Shown in pieces: positions 22,674-34,674 of a stretch of DNA of 64,000 nt (within the stretch, counting starts at the first letter, position 1; each line of letters begins with the position of its first letter). The translations under genes were made by a program, and so were the position numbers. The DNA is from Azolla caroliniana. Taxonomy: Eukaryota > Plantae > Polypodiophyta. Below the pieces are notes generated by a model. The model saw nothing but the letters and a program-made list of their open reading frames with translations, made no database searches and had not been told where the DNA came from. Location: the NCBI GenBank assembly GCA_043228905.1, contig JBHGNT010000005.1, positions 11,842,001 to 11,906,000 on the forward strand, given 5' to 3'.

Positions 22674-23344
22674 TTGTGTCGTGCCTTTCGGCTCCGGATC
22701 GTTGCGTGAGTCGGGTGGGAACCACTGAGGTTTTGGACTAGGAGAAAGAAGAATACAATATAAGGCTAGTTATGAATAGGTAGAAAGAGAAGTAAGAAAT
22801 AAAAACTTATGAATCCCACGTGTTTAGTGTATTTAGTCAATATTTAGATTGTAAGAAAGAGAATTTTTATGATAAACTTGTGAATCCCATGAATATATTA
22901 GATTGATCAATCCTTGTAAAAATAATCAACAACATCATACATCTTTCTCTCCTCCTTATATAAGGATGGAAGAGGCTAAGCATAGCTTCATGCTTTTTCT
23001 AAAGTGTTCATTGCACACTAAATGTGCATGAGTTGCTTTTTACACTATGCTTTTATTTCCTAAATATAGTGCTCATGCTCGCTAGATGTGCACGAGTCAT
23101 TTTTTATTGGTTTACATTTTTCTTATAAATAAAGTATTCACGCATTCTAAAAATGCATGACTTACTTTTTAATAAAGTTAGGCATAAATAAAGGTCTTAT
23201 ATGAATTAAATCTATTTTTAAAAAACTTAGGATAAGTTAGTACAATGGTAAGGTTGGGGTCTGTTTACGTGGAGGTACAAGGTTCAAATCCTGCCCTACG
23301 CATGTCACAATCTTTTTCTCTATTTATGAATTTGTCTCTTCATC

Positions 23345-23570
23345 CGATGAGAGACTCTCACCGGCCTTTTGACCCGGCTCTTGCCGGTTCTGTTTGATTT
23401 GGTTCTTACCGAGTCTCCTTACCGGGTCCTCCTTGCCGGTTCCTCCTTCATCCGATTCTCACCGGTTCTCCTTACTGAGTCCTCCTTACCGGTTCCTCCT
23501 TCATCCGGTTCTCACCGGTTCTCCTTACCAGGTCCTCCTTACCGGGTCCTCCTTGTCCCATCCGGAGGAA
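23345..23570. repeat. CCGG-rich short tandem repeats (ccggttctcctta/ccgggtcctcctt) in the element C LTR; shorter version at 9706-9880
   Basis: Direct reading. Copy number differs between the two LTRs. Confidence 0.85.
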
Positions 23571-23617
23571 CCAAAATGCAATTTTCACGTAGTGTGCGAA
23601 TTACACTACGACAACGC

Positions 23618-24468
23618 AAGCCGATCACTTCGTGTTTGTGAAGAGATTTGACACAGGAGAAGTGTGTAACAAAGGTGCTTCAACGGTTCAACATGTCGGA
23701 GGCGAAACCGGTCGGATCGACACTTTCGGCAAACTGCAAGCTATCCGGAAAACAAAGCCCGAGGAGAAAGGCGGAGAAGACAAATATGATGAAGATACCA
23801 AAGGCCTCCGCTGTTAGGAGCTTGATGTACGCAATGGTGTGTACACGGCCGGATATCGGATATGCAATCGGAGTGGTGAGCCGGTTCATGAGCAATCCCT
23901 GAAGAGAGCACTAGAATGCGGTCAAGTGGATACTCCGGTGTTTGAAAGGCACCTCGAGTATGTGCCTCCGATTCGGCTTTGGTAATCCCCAACTTGACGG
24001 ATTCACGGATTCGGATATGTCGGCTGATGTAGACACTAGCCAGTTAATATCCGGATATGTCATGACTTATGTAGGGGGAGTTGTTTCGTGGTTGTCAAGG
24101 TTGCAGAAGATGGTTGCATTGTCAACCACAGAGGCGGAGTACATGGCAGCTATAGAAACCGGCAAGGAAATAATTTGGATGAAGGACTTCATCGATGAGC
24201 TAGGGATCAGACAGGAGGAATACCAGCTCTATTGTGACAGTCAAAGTGCCATCCACCTTGCAAAGAACGTGGCCTACCATTCCCGGACGAAGCATATCCA
24301 ACAGAGGTACCACTAGATTAGGGAAAGAGTAGAAGAATAGGAGTTCGTGCTGACAAAGATCCACATGGAGGAGAATAGATCGGATATGCTTACCAAGGTG
24401 TTGGCAACCGACAAGCTGGATGCGTGTCGATAGCGGATCAGGCTGACAAGACATCCCATGCCGGAGTG
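23618..24468 (+). pseudogene. Copia pol 3' part (RT end with internal deletion at ~23652, RNase H) of element A
   Basis: SLMYAMVCTRPDI, FTDSD, ALSTTEAEY, HSRTKHI. Confidence 0.9.
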
Positions 24469-24976
24469 AAGGGGGAGATTGTTGGGAAATCAGTCCCTCC
24501 GGATGGGATCCGGTGATGAATGAAGAAGACCCGGTGAGAACCGGAAGAGAAGACATATATGTACATATGTTTCGAGTAATCCTATTGAGGCTATATTTGT
24601 AAATAGTCCTAAGTTCATATAAGTATAAATATGACTTAGGGAAATCACTTTATATATGTGGTTAAGGTTGTAGTTGTAACTGTTGTACAATGAGAGCAAC
24701 AAAGAGGGAGAGAGAGATACAAAGCGATACTCTATTGTAACCACCGCTTGGCGAAGATACAGAGCTCGAGTTCGTTGCATACGAGTCTTTGATTGTACCC
24801 CTTCTCTTCATAGTGATAGTTCAGAGTCTGTGGGCTCCAGTGGTTTTTCCCTATTAGGGTTTTCCACATAAACATCTTGTGTTCACTCTTTAATTCCCAT
24901 TTCTGTGTTCTCCATTCTCATTGAAGTGTTCAAGACTCGGTTGTGGCCGAGCAATATTCCGCGCTATTTCTCGACA

Positions 24977-25557
24977 CTACTAACACCTAAGAGTGTTCGG
25001 ATGTATGGTATATATGCATGTGGTTAAGGATCAAAGTCGAAGCTTGACAACAAGTCGAAACCATGCATATTCTTGGGGTACTCGGAGGATGAGTTCAGCT
25101 ACATGCTATGGGATCTCATCGACAAAAAGGTAGTGAGGAGTCGAGACGTAGTCTTTTTGGAAGACAAGACACTTTGAAGACTGGAAACAACAAAAGTCGC
25201 AATCGACTTCCTAGTCGACTGTGACTACTCCCGACACAGTCGGTTGTTCGAACACAACCAGTCAGAACAGCCGAATCTGAGTCAGTCAACCGACTCATAC
25301 GAGCCGGAGTTGGAGTCGACTGACTTGCTGAAGTCAATTGTGGAATACGAGTCAGAGTCGGCTAACCCTGAACAATTGATCGACACATATGAACCCAAAC
25401 CAACTAAAGAGTCAAAAGGAACATCCGAACCTAAGTCGACAACGGAAGCCAAGAGATACCCACTCAGAGAAAGGAGAACACAAACTACATATGCCAGTCA
25501 ATATATTCTACTGACTGATGAAGGTGAGCTTGATGCTATGATGAGGCCATTGCAATG
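24977..25557 (+). mobile_element. Fragment of an older Copia integrase tail/linker (probable host of element A)
   Basis: HLRVFGC..Y.HV, KLDNKSKPCIFLGYSEDEFSY, ILLTDEGE. Begins right after the element A 3' LTR. Confidence 0.75.
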
Positions 25558-25563
25558 AATACT

Positions 25564-25747
25564 AGTCATGCCAAAGCTCGATCCCTCAACCCTGGCACTC
25601 ATCTCATAGCACTTTACCATGTGATAATAATTCATGTCATTATTAAGAGATGTATGCATAGAACATTATAAAACATTATGGAACACACTAGAACATTTAA
25701 GGAAACTCATGTAGGGATGACACCTGGCATTGCTTGCTCTTGCATGG
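25564..25747 (+). mobile_element. Probable 5' fragment of a Tcn1-type LTR truncated by the adjacent Copia LTR
   Basis: Starts (a)gtcatgccaaagctcgatccc, resembling TGTCATGATATGGCAAGACTCGAACCC of the B family, and carries the tagaacatt motif repeats. Confidence 0.4.
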
Positions 25748-26681
25748 TGTAGGAAATAGCATGGAATGTTGCTTGGCCACAACCGAGCCTTGAATCACTT
25801 CGATGAGAATCAAACACAGAAATGGGAAGATTGAGATGACACATGATGTTTACGTGGAAAACCCTAAATAGGGAAAAACCACGGGAGCCCACAGACTCCA
25901 AACTATCACTATATGAGGGGAGGAATACAATGTGAGACTCAGAGGCAACGACCTCGAGCTCTATGTCTTTGCCAACCGGCGGTTACAATAGAAAAACTCG
26001 TTCTGTCGCTCTCTCTCTCTCTCCCTGTCTCTGTTTACAACAACAACAACTCTATATCTCATCCTCTGTAAAGTGATTGCCCTAAGTCATATTTATACTT
26101 ATATGAATTTTGGGCTATTTACAAATATAGTCTTAGTGGGTTTATCCTAACATATTTATAAATATGTCCTTGGATCCGGTTCCATCCGGATTCACTAGTT
26201 CCGGTTTCTGAATCTTATTCGGAACCCTTCCGAATTCGGCTTCTTCATCCGGTTCATCCGATCCGGCTCCTCCGGATCCCATCCGGAGTGACCGAATTCC
26301 CAACAAACTCCCCCTTCACTCGGGCATAGGATTTCTCATTAATCTGATCCGTCATCAGCACGCGTCCAGCTTGTCAATTAAAAGCACCTTGGTCAGCATA
26401 TCCAATCCGTTCTCCTTCATGTAGATCTTTGTCAACATGAAGTCTTGATCTTCTACCTTCTCCCAGAGCCAGTGATATCTCCGTTGGATGTGCTTCGTCC
26501 GAGAATGGTAGGCCACATTCTTCGCAAGGTGGATGGCACTTTGACTATTGCAGTAGAGCCAGAATTCCTCCTGCCGGATCCCTAGCTCTCCGATGAAGTC
26601 CTTCATCCAGATAATCTCCTTATCGGCTTCCACAACTGCAATAGTGCAACGGACTTCTGCATCCTCGACTGCCATGATACA

Positions 26682-29600
26682 TGTTACGGGCATGACCATA
26701 TAATATCCCGTGGTCAGAATTTACCGTAGTATTCTATACACGTGGATAAGTGTGAGGGTTAAACGAGAGTGTAGAGAAGGGGAGGATTACTTTTAAATCC
26801 TCGGGATTGAGACAACCCATTAGGCCAAATGTGAACATGGTTGGGGGCCTTGGGTATCGCTATAAATAAGAGGCCTAGCTACCTTCATTTGACTATCTTG
26901 TTGACTATGTCGAGACTCTGTCTTGTGGTGGGTCAACTCTTGTAGTGAGCGTGCCAGCACCAGGTACGACTCGACGCCACGGCGGTGGTATGGGACGCCG
27001 ATCAAGGTTCGAGTCCGTCTCGATCCCTTCGCTCAGGGGTGGTCGAGTGGATCGGCACCCTTCTTTCTCTCTCTCCTTTCTTTCTATCTACCTAGATCTA
27101 TCCTTATCTAATGCTTACTTTAGTTCATGTCTCTAATATTTGGTATCAAAGCCTATGCACTAATGTTTCTTTTGTTGGTCTTATCTTCTCGATGGATAGC
27201 AATCGATCGTTGTGCGGTTGGCCTTCATGCAGACAAGGATCAACAAGGAACTTCGGTAATCTTTCTTGTTATTTTTTGTCTATTTTTTCTTTTCCCATCT
27301 AATCATGTGTATGGTTAATATGTAGATTATTTTCATTAATCAAATGATGTTGTAGTGGTATTTAATTAGTTATCTAAAACGTTTACATATGTGCACGAGG
27401 TCAATACCTTGTTTGACATATAAATAATATGTGATGAGTGTCGTATGCGTACGAGGTTAATACCTCAATTACGTATTACGTTCACGAACATATGTTATGT
27501 TTGCGTATGAGGTCAACACCTTGATTTTGTTGTAAATGATATGTGTTTGGTCTTGTATGCGTAAGAGGTCAATACCTCAATTGCGTATTACGTTGAATTT
27601 TGGATGTCTCGTGTGCGTAGAGATATATGCCTCGATTACGTATCTCGATTACGTCATTTTTGGCTATTAAATATAACAATTTCTTTAATATCATATGTGG
27701 TCACGTGTATACGTAGTTGATCGTATATATGTGATAATATACATATGTGTATATAAGTTATTACATGATTTTAAATCGAATGTTTTCCTTTTCGGGGAAA
27801 GGTTCTTGGTGGCCGTCCTCACATTTTTGTGAGAATCATGTTGTCAACATCCCTTTTTTCAACAATTTTTTATTGTTGAAATCCCCATTGGTGACTTCGA
27901 TATTTCATTACGTAAAGAAACGCCAATAGCCATAATGATGTTGAGTACGTAGGGTTTGACCCACTTCATGTGAGGTCGCTCTTATGACACACGTATCCAA
28001 CATCCCTCCCTCATTACATGGATACGATGCCACCATGAGATCATTCTTACGAGAGGCATTCGTATTGACGTCACCATGTGATGGGCCACGTGGGCCTACT
28101 ACGAAAAGAGGGCTCATTTGGCTTGACCATAAGGTTGCACTTTGGCATATGCCATCGTAATTATGAGACTTGAGGTTAGGTAACGTACCAACATAGTTGT
28201 AGTAAATGAGGGCGAAATAAGGACTCTTTTAAAAAAACATATATGGGCAAATGCCTCGCATATCTCTTATACGCTTGAAACATTAAACATTCAAGAAGAG
28301 CAACCTACTTGGTTGGCTCAAGTGTTTAATGCATTTGTTCTCGAGCTCTCGAGTTCAAATATGACCAAGACCATACAACATCGTTGATACATATAACTAT
28401 AACACATGTTTAGACTTGAGGTTTAAGTGCACTTCGGGGTCCTCATAATAGGACTTAAAGAGCCGAAACCACATATGTGGGCACTGAAACATAGTTTATT
28501 GTTAACATTTTTTTCGTGTATAAACTATTCATGATGCGAACATACATGGTTGAGCCTCGGGGAGCCACCATGAAAAAATCGATATAGAGATCAGGGAAAG
28601 ACATTTATTTGTCACCCCCATGGTTTTTAAAACACCTTTGTGTTACCATAGTAACCTGATCTTGAACCTCATCTCATACGTCTAGAGGGGTATTGACGTG
28701 AGATAATGATATTGATTAATGCTCGCCCATGATAGGTTTACATCACAACATGATGTTATGACTATCTCTCTGACCTTATCCTATTTCTTTTCCAGAAATA
28801 ATCATTTAATGGCTCAAAATAACGACCCGATGTCCTCCGCTCAAGCGGAAGGAACTTAAGGGAATCCTCTTGGACAAATGTCCATTGAGAATTATTTTTC
28901 GCAAATAATACAATACCTTAGTTTCACCGCTCAACAGATGACCGAACTTCGGCAATCTCAAAGTGCTCCCGAGGCACGTGTCATTAGTCTACAACGTGAG
29001 ACTAGTAGACCTGATGAGCAACAGGGTGAACCATCGTTTGTCGTTAAGCCATTTATGGGAGACAAAAAGGAAAGAACCGAAAAAGCAATCTGCACGTGGC
29101 TGGGCCGATGGGAGTCTCATTTTGAGCTCTATCCCACGCCAGATAGTACGAAGATTGCATATGTCGGCCGAGAACTAGGGGGTAAGGCCGCCGCCTGGTG
29201 GCGTGGGCTCCGTACGTTGGGGAAATTGCCCGATACCTGCACAGATTTTGTCACAATTTTCAAGGGCCAATTTCTACAACCTCCCTCTCGAACCGAGGCA
29301 GCACAAGCTTTAATGAACCTCTCTAGTCGGAAATTTTCCTCGCTAGAAGATTATGTCCACCATGCTAGAACCCAAATCCAAAAATCGGGTCTAGAAGGGG
29401 ACAATTGGTTAATAGCTTGTTTTGTCAATGGCATCCCCAATTTGGACTATCACTAGATAGTGCACGATAAGGATCCAAAATCCTTCGAAGAGGTTGTTGA
29501 AATAGTTCTTCGCTATCAACACACTTCGAAGAAGGACCACAACAAACCCAACGAAGCGCTCGGGACTAAGCAATCACAATTCGTTGGGAAACACAAGACA

Positions 29601-32600
29601 CCCAACGAATTCATGGATCGCGATTGTAAGCGACAACATCCTTTTTGCGTATTCTGCAAAAAGAAGGGTCATACAAAAGAGCAATGTTGAAAGCTCCAAC
29701 GGAAAGAGCACGACAACAAAGCTAAAGCTGCAGACCATAAAGGTCAGACTCCTAATGTCCTTCAGGTCTATACACATCATTTAAGTAATTGTCAATGTTC
29801 TTTCCCTCACTATGTATTGGGTGCCAATGATTTACTACGTGCAAACGGGTATATCAATGGATCTCCCGTAACATTTTTATTTGATTCGGGAAGCTCACAC
29901 AATTTTGTGAATGATCGTTTGGTTCAGATATGGGGAATCCAACCCACCGTAAGTGATCACACCTACACGGTGCACTTGGCTGATGGAAGAGTACAATACA
30001 TCAACGGGGCGATTCATTCATTAGGAATTTCTATTGACACTTATATAGAGGAAGTAGACTTCCATGTAATGAATCTTTGTACCACCGATGTAATACTGGG
30101 TTATCCCTGGTTTTATAATAAAAACTCTTCTTTATCTATTGATTGGGTTCATCATTCAATTACATTTGTATTGAATGACTGTACTCATTTTATTCAATGT
30201 GTAAAAAAACAATCTCTCTCGATTGTTTCCTCGTGTCCATCAATATCTGAGTTGTCTTGTTCTACTCTATTTTATTGTGTGCTTGATCTGGACATTCACG
30301 TTTACAATATCGATAATGTCTCGGTTCAATTAACATATTTTGAACAACAACAACTTGATGAAATCTTAAATGATTTTCATGATGTTTTTCCGAGTGAACT
30401 ACCAGATGGCTTACCTCCTAAACGTAATATAGACCATCATATAGATATTGTACCTGGTGTTGCACCAATAAGTATACCTCCTTATCGCTTAAGTCGATCC
30501 GAAGAGGATGAGGTATCTAAGCAACTCAAGGACTATTTACGAATGGGTTATATACGTTATAGTAAATCTCCATGGGGTGCACCAGTTCTCTTGGTTAAAA
30601 AGAAAGAGGGCACATGGCGTATGTGTATTAATTACTGACGCTTGAATAAAGTGACGATCAAGAATTCGTATCCCTTGCCCCGGGTTGACGATCTAATTGA
30701 CCGTCTCCAGGGAGCTCGGTATTTTACGAAACTTGATCTCCGTACTGGCTACCATCAAATTCGTATAAGTGAGGACGATGTTCCTAAAACGGCATTTCGT
30801 ACGCGCTATGGCTATTATGAGTTTTTGGTTATGCCTTTTGGCTTGACCAATGCTCTGGCTACATTTCAACAAGAAATGAATGACATTTTCCGAGAACAAC
30901 TTGGAAAATTTGTCGTTATTTTCTTGGATAATATTTTAGTTTATAGCCGTACATTACAAGAACATGCTAAACATGTCCGCTTTGTTTTACAAACATTGTG
31001 TGACAAACAGTTTTATGTGAATATCTCAAAATGTGAGTTCTTCAAGAAATCAATTACTTATCTTGGACGTCTCATAACCGAACGAGGAGTTGAAATTGAT
31101 ACTTCTCGCATCGAGAAAATCAAGCTTTGGCCCACTCTTCGGAATATTCGAGAAGTTCGATCATTCCTTGGTTTTGTCAGGTTTTTGCGAAAATCCCTTT
31201 GTAATTACTCCCAATTGACGACGCCGTTTACTGATCTTCTAAAAGATCAAACGCGTAAGTCTACAAAACCTATTGTTTGGAATGCTATACTAGACCTCAC
31301 CTTTAAGGAACTCAAGGACCTGGTATGCAAGGCTCCTTCACTTCTTTTACCCGATCCTGCAAAACCTTTTGAGGTTGAAACCGATGCAAGCGATTATGCT
31401 ATAGGTGATGTCTTATATCAAGATGGTAAACCAATAGCATTCGAGAGTAAGAAACTTGATTCTGCTCAATGTCGGTATACTGTTCAAGAAAACGAATTAT
31501 TTGCAGTTATACATGCACTCAAAACATGGCGCCATTATCTTTATGGAAATCACTTTGTGGTAACTACGGACCATGAGTCCTTGAAATATTTTTGTGACCA
31601 ACAAGACCTGAAAGGTCGTAAGGCACGATGGGCTGATCTCATCCAGGACTTTGATTTTTACATACGATATCGTAAAGGTTCCATGAACACTGTCGTTGAT
31701 GCACTAAGTCGCATCCGTGAAGTTAACACGCTTAGCTTCATTGAATTATCATTAGATCTTTATGATCATCTTCAAGAAAAGTATCCTGATGACAGTTATT
31801 TCGCAAAATACTGGGCAAGAGTTGAGTCTGAAACAGACACCACCACATCCTCGAAGGAATACTTCCACATTGCTAACGGTTTGCTCTACCGTAATGGGAA
31901 GGTTTGTGTTCCAGATTTACTCGAGGTCAAAAAGAGGATTCTTTTTTAATGCCATGACGCACCCTCAGCAGGGCACCCTAGAATACATTGTGCACTCGTT
32001 CTCATCTCCACTCAATTTTATTGACCTAAGATGTGTCCTGACATACATAGCTATGTGACTAAATGTCACCAATGTCAGGTTAACAAAGCCGAGCGACTTA
32101 AAGCCGCAGGACTTTTACATCCGTTAGACATTCCCAATAATAAGTGGGAAAGTATATCCATGGATTTTATTGTTAGCCTTCCTCGCACCCAAAAAGGCCA
32201 TGATGCCATCTAGGTTGTGGTGGATAGACTAACTAAAATGGCCAGATTTATTGCTACTAAAACCACGGTAACAACTCCTGAATTGGGTTACCAATTCGTG
32301 GACGAGTTATTTCGTTTTTATGGGTTACCGATGGATATCGTGAGTGATCGAGATCCAAAATTTACTAGTGACTTCTGGACGCAAGTCTTTAAGAAGTTAG
32401 AAACTACGTTGAGCATGAGCTCCACGGATCATCCTCAATCCGATGGACAAATAGAACGAGTAAATCAAATTATTGAGGACATGCTTCGAGCATATGTTGG
32501 TGCAAAACCAACAAAATGGGAATGTTATCTCCCAATTTTGGAGTTTGCTTATAACAACAACTCCAAGCATACGTCGACAGGATATAGTCCTTTTATGTTG

Positions 32601-33683
32601 ATGTATGGTTTTCAACCACGAGCCCCGATTGATGTTACTATACATCATGATGAGTTGCGAAGTACGCAAAACTTTCTTCGGGATATGCAAGATATGTTGC
32701 ATATTGCACGAGATAATATAAAAACAGCTCAAGATAGAGCCCGTTTTTATGCCGATCATCATAGGCAACCTCGTGTATTCAACCCTGGACAGAAGGTATT
32801 TTTACGTGTACCTCACAATTCTAAGACATTGTCTATGGGTAAGTGCGCTAAGTTAGCCCCACGGTTTTGTGGACCTTTTACAGTCCTCAAACACATTGGG
32901 TCATCAGCCTATCATCTCGCTCTTCTCGATGGTGTTGGAATTCATCCAGTCTTTCATGTGAGTCATCTAAAAGAACTTCTAGGTTCTGGCGACAATACAG
33001 TTACAACTGAAACTCTGGTTATTTTTGAAGAATTATCTTTTAAATCACATGTACTAGAAAGAATTCTCGATGTTAAAACAAAAAAATTGCGTCTAAAGAA
33101 ATCCGAGAATTTAAAATAAAATGGATGGATAAATCAATAAAAGATGCCAGCTGGGAACGTGAAAATACTCTCAAAACTAACTTCCCTAACTTTCCATTGC
33201 AAGAGTGAAATGTTTTAAAGAGGGGGAGTATGTTTCAGGCATGACCATATAATATCTCGTGGTGAGAATTTACCGTAGTATTCTATACACATGGATAAGT
33301 GTGAGGGTTAAACGAGAGTGTAGAGAAGGGGAGGATTACTTTTAAATCCTCGGGATTGAGACAACCCATTAGGCCAAGTGTGAACATGGCTGGGGGCCTT
33401 GGGTATCGCTATAAATAAGAGGCCTACCCTCATTTGACTATCTTGTTGACTACGTCGAGACTCTGTCTTGTGGTGGGTCAACTCTTGTAGCGAGCGCGCC
33501 AGCACCAGGTACGACTCGATGCCACGGCGGTGGTATGGGACGCCGATCGAGGCTCGAGTCCGTCTCGATCCCTTCGCTCAGGGGTGGTCGTGTGGATTGG
33601 CACCCTTCTTTCTCTCTCTCCTTTCTTTCTATCTACCTAGATCTATCCTTATCTAATGCTTACTTTAGTACATGTCTCTAATA
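26682..33683 (+). mobile_element. Full-length chromovirus with tRNA-Met PBS (element F); 5' LTR 26682-27138, 3' LTR 33231-33683; TSD ATACA
   Basis: TSD at 26677-26681 and 33684-33688, PBS tggtatcaaagcc at 27141, PPT aaagagggggagta, and gag-PR(LFDSG)-RT-RH-INT-chromodomain. Confidence 0.94.
28809..33207 (+). pseudogene. gag-pol of element F (several in-frame stops, RT catalytic FLDN)
   Basis: ORFs 28878-29456, 29460-29690, 29817-30638, 30642-31949, 32031-32213 and 32217-33119. Confidence 0.9.
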
Positions 33684-34076
33684 ATACAACTCTCCCTTCA
33701 TAAGTCATGACATATCCAGATGTAGACTAGTTGGTATCCGCATCAGCCGACATATTTGAATATGTGAATCCGTCAAGTTGGGGTTTACTGGAGCCAAACC
33801 GGAGGCACATATTGGAGGTGCCTTTCAGATACCGGAGTATCCACTTGATCGTGTTCCAATGCTCTCTTCCCGGATTGCTAATGAACCGGCTGACTACTCC
33901 GACAACATATGCAATGTCTAGCCGAGTGCACACTATTGTGTACATTAAGCTTCTGACAGAAGAGGCATATGGTGTCGTCATCATATCTGCCCTTGTATTC
34001 GGGCTTTGCTTTCCAGACAATCTGCAGTTTTTTGGGAGTGTCGATCCAACCGGTTTCGCCTCGAACATGTTGAACA

Positions 34077-34674
34077 TGTTGGGAATATGTCCCTCCAGTG
34101 GGAGGAAGAGCTGACTGTTCGGAAAGCCGACTGTCGAAGGGTCGAAAACAGTGATTCGACTGTTTGAGAATTTGACTGTTATTATTATTATGGTAATAAT
34201 GATGATGATGTTAGGAAACACATCACTCCATATGGGGAGAGAAAGGAGCTGAGTTGATGAGGGACTCGGGAGATTATACTTGTAAATAGTCTCAATGTGC
34301 GCCCCATGAGGGCTAGGTATGTAAATAGCTAGAAAGTTGTGTAATTATATATGCAACTAGGGCAAACTTTAAGATGTAGAATTGAAGAGAACATAACTGT
34401 GAGTGTGAGAGAGAAGTGTGTGCCGCGCCATAGCTATGTGAGTAACAGCAAACGCGACGAGCCCTGCATGGTTGATACACTCGACAGAGTGTTGTAACCC
34501 TCTCAGTGTTGTATATCCACTATCCATAGTGAAGATCTATTCCCGTGGTTTTCTCCCGTTTTAGGGTTTCCACGTAAATCTCTATGCATAGTTGTCTATC
34601 TTGTTTTTTGGTGTGATTCGTATTTCAGCATTGTCTATTCATTGTGATTTAAATTCCGAAACAATTTCTCAACA
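34077..34674 (+). mobile_element. Solo LTR (Copia-type, 598 bp) inserted in the element E RT
   Basis: TGTTGGG...CTCAACA termini. Host RT is continuous on both sides. Degenerate TSD GAACA/AAACC (expected GAACC). Confidence 0.75.

Larger units (their letters stand above)
7435..23613 (-). mobile_element. Non-chromovirus Ty3/Gypsy (Phygy/Selgy-like, element C); 5' LTR 22677-23613, 3' LTR 7435-9924 (interrupted); 4-bp TSD ACGT/ACGC
   Basis: TG...CA LTR pair, PPT gtttggagggggcgag adjacent to 9924, and PBS-like TGGTGAAACCG after the 5' LTR. Host Copia RT reads continuously across the insertion (compare 47451-47480). Lineage label is inferred. Confidence 0.88.
4025..24976 (+). mobile_element. Ty1/Copia LTR retrotransposon, Tork/Tnt1-like (element A); 5' LTR 4025-4384 (5' ~140 bp missing), 3' LTR 24480-24976; interrupted by Gypsy at 7435-23613
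   Basis: Homologous LTRs end TCTCGACA. Degenerate tRNA-Met PBS (tcgtatcaaagc, 4388-4399), PPT gaagggggagat before 24480, and gag-PR-INT-RT-RH domain order. Confidence 0.92.
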
